A stretch of DNA of 64,000 bases. Origin: the human T2T-CHM13v2.0 reference genome, Homo sapiens. The stretch lies in NCBI RefSeq assembly GCF_009914755.1, contig NC_060942.1; one strand, 5' to 3'. Below, piece by piece: positions 43,026 through 60,840 of the stretch. Below the pieces are notes generated by a model. That model was not told the DNA's origin, searched no databases, and saw nothing but the letters and a program-made list of their open reading frames with translations. Position 1 is the first letter of the stretch; each line of letters opens with the position of its first letter. The position numbers and the translations under genes are program-made.

Positions 43026-43338
43026 TTTTTGTTTTTGTTTGTTTGTTTGTTTGTTTTTGAGACAGAGTCTTGCTCTGTTGCCTAGGCTGGAGTGCAATAG
43101 AGCGATCTTGGCTCACTGCCACCTCTACCTCCTGGGTTCAAGCGATTCTCCTACCTCAGCCTCCTGAGTAGCTGGGATTACAGGCGCATGCCACCACATC
43201 TGACTAATTTTTTGTATTTTTAGTAGAGGCAGGGTTTCACTGTGTTAGTCAGGATGGTCTTGATCTCCTGACCTCATGAACTGCCGGCCTCGGCCTCCCG
43301 AAGTGCTGAGATTACAAGCGTGAGCCACTGCACCCGGC
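43026..43338 (-). mobile_element. AluSc-like with a (TTTG)n tail
   Basis: TSD gtcatgcggttttct / gtcatgtgtttttct (43011-25 and 43340-54). Confidence 0.96.
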
Positions 43339-43898
43339 AGTCATGTGTTTTTCTACTAAAAAAAAAACTATAGTGGAGACTTAAAAAGTTTTTTAAAAGT
43401 AGAAGTTAGTGAATTGATATAGGATAAAAAACACTAGAAGTAAGAAATAATTATAAGTGATAGATTAAATATGAAAGCCAGAAAGTAGAAATGTTCAATA
43501 ATAAAAAAGAGATTAATTTGTCTTTTGAAAAATAATTTCATACAAAGCAAGACAAATATATTTGAAAATAAATGAAATAGAGAAGTTTTTAGGAATATAT
43601 GTTATTAAGTTTGATTTGAAAAGTTATAAAACCTTAAATAGATGAATTATCATTAAAGACAAATAGAGAATGTTGATGAAGAATATTCTTCTCCAAAATG
43701 TCACACCCACATGATTTCTCAAGTGAACTATTTCAAATTAATTGAAAAAATAATTCTGATGCAATTTACTGCAGAAAGAAAATGAAAGCTCCCAAATTCC
43801 CCTTACAAAGTCAACATGATTATAAGAAAACTGTTTCAGAAGCAAGCCATATGTACAGCTCCTCAGATTCTGAACTACACTGCTTTGAGAATATTTTC

Positions 43899-46876
<2,978 letters not shown>

Positions 46877-47558
46877 GCAAACTGGCAAAGATAAATTTTA
46901 AAAGCAACACCACCACTAAGACCAATATTAGTTATGAAGAGTGATGTGAAATATCTACTATAAATACCAATAAATAGAATCTCTGAATATTAAAATAATA
47001 TACAGCAAATCAAATATAATATAATATTAAGACATTTATTTATATTAACTCATTAAGTATTTATATAGAAATAATAAATAATGGTTGATTCCAGATCAAA
47101 GCTGAAATATATCATAAACACATACAAACATGCACATGTGTTAGCAAAGCCTTTATCTTGTTTAATAATGAAGTATTTGGTACATTTCTATCATCATCAA
47201 CAAGGTAAAGAAGGAGGAGGAAGAGGAGGAGAAAAAAACCCCAACATTTTATTAAATTGATATCATTTACATTGCTCAAAAGATCTTCACCAATTAATTC
47301 AAAACCTCACCCCCAAAAACATTATTAATATTAGAAAGCAAAAGGCAAAGTTATCACTCTTTCCTAAAGATTTTTTTTTCATTTGGAAGACCCAATACAG
47401 TCAACTGAAAAAGTATTAAATATAAGATATTTTGTTAATTTTGCAGGTAGCAATAATAAGGCAGAGACATTTTTACATTAATACAATAACAATTTAGAAA
47501 ATATAATGGGAAGAAAGAAGCACAGAATCAGAGGAATAACCAATAGAGAATAAAATAC

Positions 47559-48461
47559 TGCATAGAAACACCATTCCTTTTTTCTCTTTACTGACTCAAT
47601 GCGTCTGATATGAGATTGTTGTTGTTGTTTTTCTCACACCAACCGATTATCTGATATCAGCTGGGTGTACTACAATTCAATTATGATACTAGCCTGAAGT
47701 TAGTGCAGTCCTCACAGGTTAAGGGCTCAGTCCCACAACTCGACACCCTAGGGCAATGTGAATTGCAAGCAGTGAGTCCCTACTTAACTATGTACACTGT
47801 TAATGTGGTTATAAATCAGGGGTTCTCACAACCCCCTCCTCAGGTTCAAATTTGCAATGACAGTTCACAGAACTCAGGAAACTGTGCTTACTTACCTTTA
47901 CTGGTTTATCATAAAGGGGATGGTCAAAGGCATAGATGACCAGCCAGATAAAGAGGTACAAAGCTGAGATCCGGAAGCACAGGAGCTGCGTTTGCAGGGA
48001 GCTGAGATGCACCACCCTCCCAGCAGGTAGATGTGATGATCACCTACCTAGAAGCTGTCGAACACTGTCTTTTAGGAAATTTTTTAATGGAGACGTTATC
48101 ACATAGAAATGATTATTAATTCAATCTTCAGGCCCTGTCCATTTCCTGGAGCAAGTGGGTAGGGGGAGCTGCAAGTTCTAAGCTTCTAATCATGGCTTGG
48201 TCTTTCTGGTGACCAGACCCCATCCTGAAGCTATCTAGGAGATCACTGTAAGTCACTTATTAAACAAAAGAGGCTCTCATCACCCAGGAAATTCCAAGAG
48301 ATTTAGGAGCTCTGTGTCAGAAACCAGGGTCAAAGACCAAATATGAGAACAAATGATGTTCCTAACATCCCTGACACTCAGAAAAATACAAGTGTTTTAG
48401 CAACTCTGTTTCAGAAACCGGGGTGTAGAGAACAAATATATATATTTCTTATTATGTCACA
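47559..48461 (-). mobile_element. MER21B/C solo LTR (ERVL class)
   Basis: The minus strand begins 'tgtgacataataagaaatatatatatttg'. 5-bp TSD aatac/aacac (47554-58 and 48462-66). Confidence 0.85.
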
Positions 48462-48961
48462 AACACTTGAAAATAAACTTAATAAGTGTATTGTACTTAA
48501 ATTATGAAAATATTAAAATTCTACCAAGGAACATATAAGAAGATTTAAGCAATTAGAAAGATATGCCATGTTACTGGACATGTTATAGTTTTAAATATAT
48601 CATTCTAAACAATTACAAAACTAACCCAAAAATACAGAATCTAGAAAATGAGCAGCTGATTAATGCTTAAAAGTAGATTTCCAAGAAAACAGCATGATAC
48701 TTAATATATGCTAGTGATCATTATAATCAGTGAAGAAAATGCAAATTATTAAGTAAATTATATTGGGAAAACTGGGTATCTACTAAAATAAAATAGTACC
48801 TTCGCCATTCACCTTACAATAAAATAAATTTCAAATGAATCAAATATCTATTTACACAGGTACATTTTTATGAGTGCCAAAAGTGAATGAAATCATAGTC
48901 TTATAGATAAAAAGATTTTGAGGCATAAAATGCAATTCAGAATTATAAAAAAGATACACTT

Positions 48962-49046
48962 CCTGTGGCACATGTATACATATGTAACAAACCTGCATGT
49001 TGTGCACATGTACCCTAAAACTTAAAGTATAATAATAATAAAATTA
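48962..49046 (+). mobile_element. Extremely 5'-truncated L1PA (last ~85 nt)
   Basis: 'ggcacatgtatacatatgtaacaaacctgcatgttgtgcacatgtaccctaaaacttaaagtataataat'. TSD aaaaaa(g/c)atacactt. Confidence 0.93.
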
Positions 49047-50238
49047 AAAAAACATACACTTTATTACATAAAAATTACAACTTCATTTTTACCAAAATAT
49101 AGTAAAACATTTCAAGGGGTTAATTTATAGAACAGGGAATTATTTGCCACACATAGGACCTTAAAGGACTGATTTTCCTATATACTGTACATAGATTTTT
49201 TTTTTGACAAGATATAAACAGAAAGTGAACAAATGATACTGAAGTCAGTTTTGTGAAGAATTAATTTTTTTTTGCCCTGTCTTATGGTGCTGAGTGAAGA
49301 ATTAGGTGTCAAAGAAACACGTAGGAAGTTGTTCATTCTCACTCACTGCTTAGGGGGCTGTTGTGCTGAACTGCCATTGTGACAAGCTCAGCAGATGAGT
49401 AGTGCCTTGGAGAGAAATGGCAGGAGAGAAAGGGAGCAACAGGAAGTACCCTCTTTCCCACTCTGGCATGACGTTAATGCTCTACGCATATCCATGTGGA
49501 TCAAGTGGACACTACAGAATATGGCTAGATTTGCAGTACAGTATTTGCTGGTATGTCAAGAAAAATGACCCCCTGCCAATCAAGTGTATTTTGGTAGGAA
49601 CAGTTTCAAAAATGCACCTAAGTTGGCAAGAGCTGAAAGAAGTCAAGCTGACCCTTGATAACACATAAAACATGCATCAGTGAACTATGCAGTAAGAATA
49701 GCCCACAGAACCTGCCCACCCCCATCGCCAAAGCTGAAAACAAACAAACAAAAAACAACCCTTACCCTGTGCCCAAGATGCCTGCCACATAGAAGTGTCA
49801 GTGTTAGCCAGAAGGTAGCAGCAACTGAAAGAGAATTGCAATTGCTTCCCAGTCAAGAATGAAGCATATGCACCACTTTCCCTAGTCTTGGCAATATTAG
49901 AAACAGATGAAAGAGGGGATTAAGAAAAGAAGGAACAATCTTCAGACTATAGCTTCTCCCTTAGTACAGATCCCCAGTCAAAGGCTGGTTCTGAAGCAAG
50001 CTTAGGGAAGAGACAGATGGGCTTAGAGTTGACTTTGTACTTCTCTGGTGATCAAAAATGACTTAAAATCTACTGAATTTGTTCAATCTGTCATTAAGGG
50101 AAGGAAACGGAGGTGTCATATTTTCTCTTCCTGGAGTTACTCTTCTTTTAGAAACTCCTACCCTCTCATTCCATCTTCAACTAATTAATATAATTTTGGA
50201 GTTAGGTTTTGAATTGCTGAATTCACTTGATTTGGTGG

Positions 50239-50643
50239 TTCTATGAATGGAATGTGTTCTATATTTCATGTGTTAAAACTCTAATTCACAATGTGACAAT
50301 GTTTAGAGATGGGGTCTTTAGAAGCTAATTAGGTCATTAGAGTGGAGACCTCATGATGGGATTAGTGTCCTTATAAGTAAAGAAAGGGTGCTCTCCCCTT
50401 GCCCCTCCCCTTCTCCTATACCTTCTTTCTCTCCCTCCCTCTTCCCGTCTCCCTCTATCCCACCAGAGGGCTTACAAAGAAGATGGCCATCTGCAAACCA
50501 GGAAGCAGGGATTCACCAGAACCCTACTATGCTGGCACTCTGATTTTGGACTTCCCAGCCTACAGAACTATGAGAAATACATTTTTGCTTTTAAGCCACC
50601 CAGTCTATAGTATTTTGTTTTAGCAGCTGTGTCGACTAAGAAA
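50239..50643 (+). mobile_element. MaLR solo LTR (MLT1A/MSTD-like)
   Basis: 'cctcatgatgggattagtgtccttataag...ttggacttcccagcctacagaactatgagaaatacattt...ttaagccacccagtct'. Confidence 0.85.
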
Positions 50644-53064
50644 GTTGTCATGTGATCTCAAGTAGGCCAATCAGACTCTCTTGAGAGTTATGATGTGCAG
50701 ACAAATACAAACATCTAACAGCAGCAAGCTATGGAGACTTCCCTGAGCTCCTCCTATGGAGATCCCCGTAAGTCTGATACTCATTTTTTAGTTGCTTCCA
50801 ATTTTGAAGAAGTCTAAATCATTAAGACATCAGTTCTATTTTGCTGGGAATATGCTCTCTCAGAGAAACTGGGATTAGAAAATGGTTATTAGACTAAGAT
50901 TTGGGGAAAGGCAGTGTGATTTACATTCCAATTAATAAAATAGAAGCCATGGACTGTTAGGGAGAAACTCATCAAGATTCAACATCACCTGTCAATGTGC
51001 CCACAGATGTTGAAACTCAGGCTGTTGGGGACATTTTGCCATATCTTTCTTTAATAACAGATAAATAATGAGGAGATTATGGGAAAGTTTTCTTGATAAT
51101 AATAAAATATTAATCAAGAGGATAATAAGCTACATATAAGTGATTAGGTGATTATAACAGCCATTATTACTACTTTCTTTTTCCTTTTTTGTCTTATTTG
51201 AAAAACAATTGTATAAAATCCTATCGTATATGTACTTCAGGGCCTATAACATGTAGAAACCTAATATACATGTAACAAATATGTGCCATTGCGGCCAAAG
51301 CAGTGGCTGGGAGCTAAGCTGTAATAGGCTAAGGAAATGATGACAGATGAAAAGGTAATAATTATAATGACGTATTGGTAAGTTTTTAACATTAGTAAAC
51401 ATAATGTGTATAAGAAAAATACCAAAAATTGATACTAATTCAGAAAAAAACCAAAAAACTTAATCTCTGAGACTTGGAGACCCTAAGGACATAAGGCAAC
51501 AAACGCTCATTATAATGCCTATTGCATCTTTCTAGCCTGGAGAAGCTGTGACTCCGTGGTAGCCATTATTCAAACTCAACCTTGCCGGGAGTGCAGACAG
51601 AGGCAGGGTATGGAGGGAAAGTAGAATCAGAAGAATGCAACTGGGAGAATAAATTTGAAATATACATTGGTTCAAGCTGAATTAATCAAGAATGATGTAT
51701 CCACAGAACAAGCATTCAAGTTTCTCCTTGAGGGAGTTGGCCATTCTCGCACTTCATTTTATTAACTAATTTAATATTAGCTTACAGTATATGACACATA
51801 AAAGGATGATGTTTCTTGGCATAATATAGATTTAAAATGGGCAGAATTAGATGAGTCTAAACTGAAACATTGAATAAAGACTTGTTTATAGCACATCTAA
51901 TTGCTCCCTATGTTCCTTACAAGGATAAAAAATTCTTATGACCCTGAGCAAAGAATAACTGCTTTCTTCAGACCAGAAATACTGAAGACAAAGTTTCACT
52001 TCCTGATTTCATTGACAGTGAAAGAAACAGCATGAACAAGTTCACAGGGCCCTGCTCCTCTGACTACAGGGGTAATAATAGATATCAAACTAGGCCAACA
52101 CAACTCTCTGAACTGAAAATTTGTATACTGAGTTGAGACTCTAGGAATAGAGGGACACTGAAACTGAGGAATAGGATGATGTTGTCCCACAAAACGCTAT
52201 GAGACCACATACCAGGAAAAAATACCAAGATTTAATAGGTTTTTATTCTTTCCTAAGCTTGGTAATTCTGTTTCTCATTTGCTTATGTGAGCTAATGAAT
52301 TCCTTTTATTGAAGTTTGGCAGAGTTGGTTTCTTTGGCTTTTTTCCAAAAAGTACTTTAATAAACTAATTTAAATATATTCAGTATGTTTTATGTAATTG
52401 CTATGCTTTTCTCCCCAGTACAATTCAATTAAAAAAAGAAACATTTAAACTTATACTGATAAATATGTAATATCTGCCTTTCTGTAATTATAACATTTTG
52501 CACTTCATCAAGGTTAGTCAAATTATGTGCAATAAGTGTCTGCCTGAATTATCTTTGTCTTTGAATTATACAGTGGCTTTAAATGGCAGTTCCTCATTTA
52601 CTCTTTACATGGGAGTGTCAATGAGAAAACAGAAAAATACCTGAATTATTTACACACATAAGTGGCAGTTTAATTGCTCTTGGGTACTCTCTTGAAAGAA
52701 TGAATGCTTACAATTTAGTATCTTGCAATAACTAACAGAGCCTACATTTATCTTAGTTTAACTCAAGCCCAAAATCCAATATAAACACGTATTAAATAAC
52801 ATAATTTATATATCTTTAAAGTGCAACATAACTCTAAGCCCTCAGAAGGAGACTGTGATGAGTTACGAGTGTAAAATAATGTCTGATCACAAGAACAATG
52901 ATGCTAATGTTTCTTATCTAAATAGTAGATATGTATTTGATCACCTTTTCATAAAGTACCATATTCGAGGAAGTCAGTAAAAGTATTATGAGTTTAAATG
53001 TTAACAATGAAAATCATATATTATAATTTTATGCAATTCTGGATGAAACTGAAGAGAATCAAGG

Positions 53065-53185
53065 CATATCAATTTTAATTCTGTCATCGGCATTGCCTGT
53101 TTGGGAAACATTTGTCAGGTTGTTATTTCATCCTCTGATTCTTTATTGGTCAAATGGTGAGATTAACCCTATATTGCTTTTTCAT
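53065..53185 (+). mobile_element. MIR fragment
   Basis: Weak match to the MIR core: 'ttatttcatcctctgattctttattggtcaaatgg'. Confidence 0.4.
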
Positions 53186-53910
53186 GCGTTTTTGTTTTTT
53201 TTGTAAAGACATAGAAAAGCGTTTTTAAAGTTGAAATACTGGAGAAGCACTTCCGAAATGGCAGATTAAGAACTACAAAAAACTGTCTTTCCACAAAAGC
53301 TATGAGAACACTGACAAAATTTGTTAAAATCAATGTTTTCAGAACTCTGAAAATTAACTAGAGACTTAGAAAAATTGAAGCAGCATTTATTCAACAAAAT
53401 GGCTGAATCTCAGTAAGAACAATAAACTTTAGGTTATTTTGACGTGTCCTCGTCCCATCCTCCTCTCCACAGCTCCATGGTAGCCTTGAAACCAATTATG
53501 GTAGCTATAAAACTCTGCATCCTTGCAGCCACTGAAAAAATGAGAATGGGTTAGGAGTCTCTCAAGAGTTCTATCCCCTGAGAATTATCACGATTTGATT
53601 CTCCTGGACTCATGTGGTAACAGCCTAACAACTCTATTCCAGGCCTTGGAACTGACCTAACTCAGTTCTTGCTGTGTAAACAGCCTTATCTCTATGGTGT
53701 TTGTCAAAAATTATCAATGGCAATTGTTCAACCTCAGCTGACTGTGAGGGTAATAACAGTTGATGCCAATGAGACGTCCATAGGAGTCTTCTAAAACCTC
53801 TAAAATATTTGTGGGAATCTAGAAGGCCATAGGCTTTTCTAGAGAAGATCTGAGAAGGCTTTACTCTCCCCTCTGGCTGACCTTGAGATTGTTTATAAGC
53901 TGGAAGTAAA

Positions 53911-54228
53911 GGTTTTTGACAGATTGATTGATTGATTGATTGAGACAGGTCTGGCTCTGTCACCCAGGCTGAAGTGCAGTGGTAAGAACTCAGCTCACTG
54001 CAACCTTTGCTTCCTGGGGTCAAGTCAGCTTTCCACTTCAGCCTCCTGAGCAGCTGGGACTACAGGTATGCTACCACAACTGGCTAATTTTTTTTTTTTT
54101 TTTTTTTTTTTTAGAAATGGGGTTTTGCCATATTGCCCAGGCTGGTCTTGAACTCCTGAACTCAAGTGATCTGTCTGACTCAGCCTCCCAAGGTGCTAGG
54201 ATTATAGGCATAACTCACCGTGCCCAAC
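53911..54228 (-). mobile_element. AluJ with a (GATT)n-converted tail
   Basis: TSD ctggaagtaaa at 53900-10 and 54229-39. Confidence 0.93.
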
Positions 54229-54324
54229 CTGGAAGTAAATTTCTTCATCTTTTAAAATTTAAATTATTTGAGAGAGAGTAAGACCACATTTACATGAATT
54301 GTTTTTTTGTGTGTATAAATTTTG

Positions 54325-54660
54325 TCATTTTTTTTTGCTTTGGTTACGTCAATAAGTTATTTATGGGTGATTTCTGAGATTTTGGTGCACTCATAACCCA
54401 AGTAGTGTGTACTGTACTCAATGTGTAGTCTTTTATCCCTCACCACCCTTCCACCCTTTTCCTCAAGTCCCCAAAGTCCATTGTATCATTCTTATGCCCT
54501 TGCATCCTCATAGCTTAGTTCCCACTTATGAGTGAAAACATACAATGTTTGGTTTCCATTCCTGAGTTACTTCACTTAGAATAATGATCTCCAGGTCCAT
54601 CCAGGCTGCTCTGAATGTCATTATTTAATTCTCTTTTTTTATGGCTGAGTAGCATTCCAC
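54325..54660 (-). mobile_element. L1PB 3' UTR fragment
   Basis: 'ggtgatttctgagattttggtgcac...caagtccccaaagtccattgtatcattcttatgcc' is characteristic of L1PB 3' ends. Confidence 0.85.

Positions 54661-54661
<1 letters not shown>

Positions 54662-54700
<39 letters not shown>
54662..54700. repeat. (AC)19 microsatellite
   Basis: Read directly. Confidence 0.96.
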
Positions 54701-54703
<3 letters not shown>

Positions 54704-57478
54704 CAACCAAATAAATTGTGAATTTATATGTGGCATATTATGTATAGATATATGTAACAGAGCTATTGTAAAGTTGAAAGCAGAGATGTAAACTGCCTGC
54801 TATAGCACTGATCTACTCCCAAACACACAGAGAACTCTTCAGCAAAAGCTGGGAAACTTATCAATTCAAGGCAATTGACATAATATCTGTCCAATGATTA
54901 GTTGACTTCTATGCTAATTAAGACAAACTTCAGTGGCCACACATGATAAAGTATGCAAACTTTAGAAAATTAGATCAGGAAATTCACTAAACAAACAAAT
55001 AACGTTTACAACAAGCAGCAAAAACAAGATACCCTGGTGAAGGAAGAAAACCCGATTTCCAATGTAACCATATTAAATTAGTTAAAAAGTCCAATTTTCA
55101 ACAAAGAAATATTAAAGTGCAAAGAAAGAGGAAAGTGTAATTCATACCATACATTGCAAGAAAAATAGAATAGAAATTGTTTTTGATGAGGCCCAGACAT
55201 TGAATTTATTTGACAAAAGACAAATCAGCAATTTTAAGTGTGTTCAAAGGACTAAGGGAAACTATGTCTAAGGATTAAAGAAAAACAAGTAAGATATCTT
55301 GCCATGTAGACAACAAACAGATGGAAATTACCTTTAAAATAAACAAACGGAATTTCTGGAGTTAAAAGTAAAATTACTGAAATGAAAAATTACTAGAATA
55401 ATATCACAGTTGAAATGGCAGAAGAAAGAAAAAAGAAAATGTTAATTTTTATAGCCCAAAGAAATCACTAAGAAAATATATATTTTTAAATATAGTAAGA
55501 GAAAATCAAAGGTACAAAAAAAGGAGAATATTTGACTTAGGCAAAGACAGGAATCGGAAATTGAAGCAAAAGCTGCCAGAACTAAAAGAACAAATATATA
55601 ATTCAATAATAATCATTGAAATTTCAGTTCCCTACTTTTGATAATTTATAGAACAACTAGGCATAAGATCAACAAGAAAATATAAAATTTGAGCACCACT
55701 GTGATGCAAGTAGATCTGAACAACACTATGACAAAACCAGACCCAAAAGAAATCTGCTGAATAAATTACTAATAAAAATACACACATTCTTCCCAATAAT
55801 ACATAGTCTCTGTGATAGACTATATACTATGGCACAAAAAACCCTCAATAAAGATTAAAAAATACTGAAGTCATACAACATATGTTCTCTAGTCACAATG
55901 AAATTAAATTAGAAATTACTAAACTCTTTGGGGATATACAAAAATAGATGGAAATTAATACGCCTAAACACTAAATGGGTCCAAAAAATAAAAAGTGCAT
56001 TAAAAATACCTTTTATATGAATGAAAATGAAAACATAACATGCCAAAAATCAACGGTTGAACTAGAGGTTAGAGTGAAATTTATAGGTGTAAAACACTTA
56101 TATTGCAAAATAAAAAGAAAATTTCTGATCAATAATCCAACATTTTATCTTAAAACACTGGAAAACGGTGTTTTCGAGAAAGCAGAAGGAAAAATATAAT
56201 GAAGATCAGAGTGAAAGTAAATAGAGAATAGTGAAACAATAGAGAAAAGTTCATCAGAAAAATTAATAAAATTAGGAAGCCCAAAGATTATGCAAGCAAC
56301 ACTGACCAACAAGAAGAGAGAGAAGATTGAAATTACTAAAATCAGAAATAAAAGAGGAGACAAAATTAGTGACCTTACAGAAATAAAAAGGTTTGTAACG
56401 TAATACTGTGAACGCCTGTATGCCAACAAAATAGTTAACTTAGAAGAAATAGACCAATTTTGAAAAAATAGATACACACAATCAAAAGATTTTCAAGAAG
56501 AACTACAAAATCTGAATAGACCTACAATAAGTAAATTGATTGAATGAGTAATTTAAAAAAAAATTCCACGAAGACAAGTTCAGGCACAGGTGGCTTCACT
56601 TGTGAATTCTACCAAATGTTTAAAGAAGAATTAAGATCAATCCTATTCAACCTGTTTTAAAATGTAGAAGAAGGAAGAATATTGCCCAGTGCATTCTGAG
56701 TTCACTATTACCTGGGTAACAAAACACACATCATAAGTACAGATCAATATCCCTTATGAATATAGATACAAGAATTTTCAACATAATATTAGCAAAAAAA
56801 CTAGCTTCTAGAAAAATATTATTTATTACAACCTAGTAGGATTTATTACACGAATGCAAAGTTAACAAATTTTTAAAAATCAATAAAATATGCTGTACTG
56901 ATAGAATAAAGAATGAAATGTCATAGATTATCTCAACAGTGCAGGAAAAAAATGACAAATGCCAATAACCTTTAATGATAAAACATTCAACAAAATACGA
57001 GTACCTGTTAACTTCCTCAACTTTTAAGAGGCCATATGCAAAAATGCACACCTAACATCCTATTTAACAATAAAGGAATGAATGTTTTCTTGTTAAAATC
57101 AGAAAAAAGACAAGGTTGTCTGCTCTCACTTCTTCTATTCAATGTTGTTCTGGGGATTTTAATAGAACAATTAGGCAATAAAAAATAAAAGGCATCCATT
57201 TGGAGAGTAAAGAGCAAACCTATCTCTGCAGCTCTTAAAATTTAAAATGAATAAATATGTTAGTGTGGTTGCAAGATACAAGATCAATACACAGATTCAT
57301 TTATATACTACCAATGAATATTCCGTAAATGAATTTAGGAAAATAACTCTATTTTTAATAGCATAAAAATAATAAAATATTTAAGAATAAATTTAACAAA
57401 ATAATGTTAAGACATAAACTGATAACTAAAAAGCATCATTAACAGATAAGGAAAACACAAACAATAGAAAGACATCCT

Positions 57479-57826
<348 letters not shown>

Positions 57827-59036
57827 TTATGACATTGGCAATGCTTTCCACATTTATCTATAGATTGAATGCAATCCGTGTCACAAACCCAGCTCTTTAT
57901 TTGTGGGAAATTGCTAACCTGAAGATAAAATTCAAGCGGAAATGCAATGGACCCAGAATAACCAAAATATATTGACAAAAAAAACAAGCTTGGAGAACAT
58001 ACACTTATTGGCCTTAAATCTTATTACAAAGAAAAAATAATTAAGACAGTGTAGTATTGGCATAAGAGTAAACATAGACCAAAAAATGGAATTGAAAATT
58101 CAGAAATAAACCTTTACATTTATGTTATAATAATTTTCAACCGGGATACAAGGCAATTCAATGGAGAAATAATCATCTTTTCAACAACTGATGGTAAAAC
58201 AACTGGATATCTAGATGCCAAAGAATACCTTTTGAGCCCTTCCTCATGGCATACACAAAAATTAACTTAAAATGAATTGCTGCCCTAATTGCCCAGCTAA
58301 AACAATAATATTCTTATAAAATTACAAGGGGTTAAATCTTCATGACTTTGGATTTCACAAATGGGTTGTTAGATATGACATCTAAAGCAACCCCAGCAGA
58401 AGGAAAAAAATATTAAATTTGACTTCATCAAAATTATAACTTTTTATTTGCTGCAGAGGACCCCATCAAGAAAGTAAAAACTTGACCCCAAGAACTGAAG
58501 AAAATATTCACAAATCACATACTTATTGTGGGAATTTTATGCAGAAAATATAAATACATAAAACCTTGTGTGCAGAATATTTAAATATTTATAATTCAAT
58601 AATAAAAACGAACAAATTCAAATATGTCTTAAGAATATTAATACACATTTTTCTGAAGAAATTACACAAATGACCAAATAGTATATGAAAATATAGTCCT
58701 TGGGAAAATTTTGATTAAAACGTACAAGGTAACACTTCACATCCACTAGGATGGCTAAAATAAAGAAATATAGATGATAACAAGTGTTTGGCAAGGATGT
58801 GGAAGAATCAAAATCATCATACATTGCTGGTGGGATTGTAAAATGCTGTAGCTACTTTGGAAAACAGCCTGGCAGCTCCTCATCAAGACAAGGACCCATG
58901 TCAATTAATATTAAGGCAATCACTCCTATTCATTAACATATGGTTTATTATTTTTATTCAAGATTAAATGAATAAGAAACATGTATCCACACCAATGATA
59001 CTTTTACAGTTGTCTTACAAATGTTATATAAGATTT

Positions 59037-60207
59037 ATTAACTCAAGATGGATTAAAGGCTTAAACATAAGACCTAAAACCATAAAAACTCTAGAAGAAA
59101 ACCTAGGCAATACCATTCAGGACATAGGCATGGGCAAAGACTTCATAACTAAAACACCAAAAATAATGGCAACAAAAGCCAAAATTGACAAATGGGATTT
59201 AATTAAACTAAAGAGCTTCTGCACAGCAAAAGAAACTATCATCAGAGTGAACAGGCAACCTACAGAATAGGAGAACATTTTTTGCAATCTATCCATCTGA
59301 CAAAGGGCTAATATCCAGAATCTACAAGAAACTTAAACAAATTTACAAGAAAAAACAAACAAACAACCCCATCAAAAAGTGGGCAAATGATATGAACAGA
59401 CACTTCTCAAAAGAAGACATTTATGCAGCCAACAAACATATGAAGGAAACCTCATCATCACTGGTCATTAGAGAAATGCAAATCAAAACCACAGTGAGAT
59501 ACCATCTCATGCCAGTTAGAAGGGCGATCATTAAAACGTCAGGAAAAAACAGATGCTGCAGAGAATGTGGAGAAATAGGAACACTCTTATACTGTTTGTG
59601 GGAGTGTAAATTAGTTCATCCATTGTGGAAGACAGTGTGGCAATTCCTCAAGGATCTAGAAACAGAAATACCATCTGGCCCAGCAATTCCATTACTGGGT
59701 ATATACCCAAAGGATTATAAATCATTCTACTCTAAAGACACATGCACACGAATGTTTACTGCAGCACTGTTCACAATAGCAAAGACTTTGAACCAACCCA
59801 AATGCCCATCAATGATAGACTGGATAAAGAAAATGTGGCACTTATACACCATGGAATATCATGCAGCCATAAAGAAAGATGAGCTCATGTCCTTTGCAGG
59901 GACATGGATGAAGCTGGAAACCATCATTCTCAGCAAACTAACACAGGAACAGAAAACCAAACACTGCATGTTCTCACTCATAGGTGGGGGTTGAACAATG
60001 AGAACACATGGACACAGGGAGGGGAACATCACACACCGGGGTCTGTTGGGGGCTGGGGGGCTAGGGGAGGCATAGCATTAGGAGAAATACCTAATGTAGA
60101 TGATGGGTTGATAGGTGCAGCAAACCACCATGGCATGTGTATACATATGTAACAAAACTGCACGTTCTATACATGTATCCCAAAACTTAAAGTGTAATAA
60201 TAAAAAA
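59037..60207 (+). mobile_element. 5'-truncated LINE-1, L1PA7-like
   Basis: ORF2 C-terminus (INSRWIK...; ORF 59392-59994 ends [11 protein letters not shown]). 3' UTR 'cctaatgtagatgatgggttgataggtgcagcaaaccaccatggca'. Possible short TSD aagatt. Confidence 0.97.
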
Positions 60208-60739
60208 GATTGAGTTTTAAAGGAGGGTTTAGTTGAATATAAGTTCCTATATCACAGAAATGCAGTGGATGTAGATTTTCAGGATTTATTACCCTGGGCC
60301 CCCTTCAACTCATTACTCCCACTCGAAATGACTGAGGTAACCTATGCTGAGAAGTTGTATTATTTTAATAGATGCTGGCTTATATTGGATAGTACTTGCA
60401 GGCCACACCAATGAACATTATTCAAATGACAAATAGAATGAAAATCCTCAAGTAATGTTCAGTGGAAAGTAACTAAACAAATAAATGCAATTGTAAATGG
60501 GAAAATGGCATTTTCACAATGAGTCAAGATTAGGTAGAAAGTTTGTCTGGAATCTAAATTGTTTACAATGGCTTTCCCCTAAGTACCAATTGGGATCAGG
60601 AATTCAATGTTCTGTTAAAATCCTTTTACCTGAATTTTGGGCAATCTAACTTTGGATGTGTTACCTTTGATCTGATTCTTTATTTCTTTTGAAATATTTT
60701 ATTCAATGTCTTCTTTGCAAAGTCCCTTTTACTGAAGAT

Positions 60740-60840
60740 CATAAAATCTCTAGAATTTTAGATCAGAATTTTATAGGTCATCCAGTCCAATATCATCATT
60801 TTAAAGGAAAGGGATTTGAAGCTAAGACAGGTTAAGACCA
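60740..60840 (-). mobile_element. MIR/MIR3 fragment
   Basis: 'aggtcatccagtccaatatcatcattttaaagga...gaagctaagacaggttaag'. Confidence 0.55.

Larger units (their letters stand above)
46900..49240 (+). mobile_element. Highly diverged L1M ORF2 relic
   Basis: A-rich, with L1M-like stretches ('aataaaatac|ttgaaaataaactt' across the MER21 insertion; 'agaaagatatgccatgttactgga'). Confidence 0.5.

Noticed and set aside
48280-48445. ~107-bp internal direct repeat in the MER21 LTR
   Set aside because: As I recall, this duplication is intrinsic to the MER21B-type consensus rather than specific to this locus.
49290-50090. Relatively GC-richer block with short ORFs
   Set aside because: No recognisable protein or splice structure. 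It is possibly a decayed ancient repeat that I cannot classify by eye.
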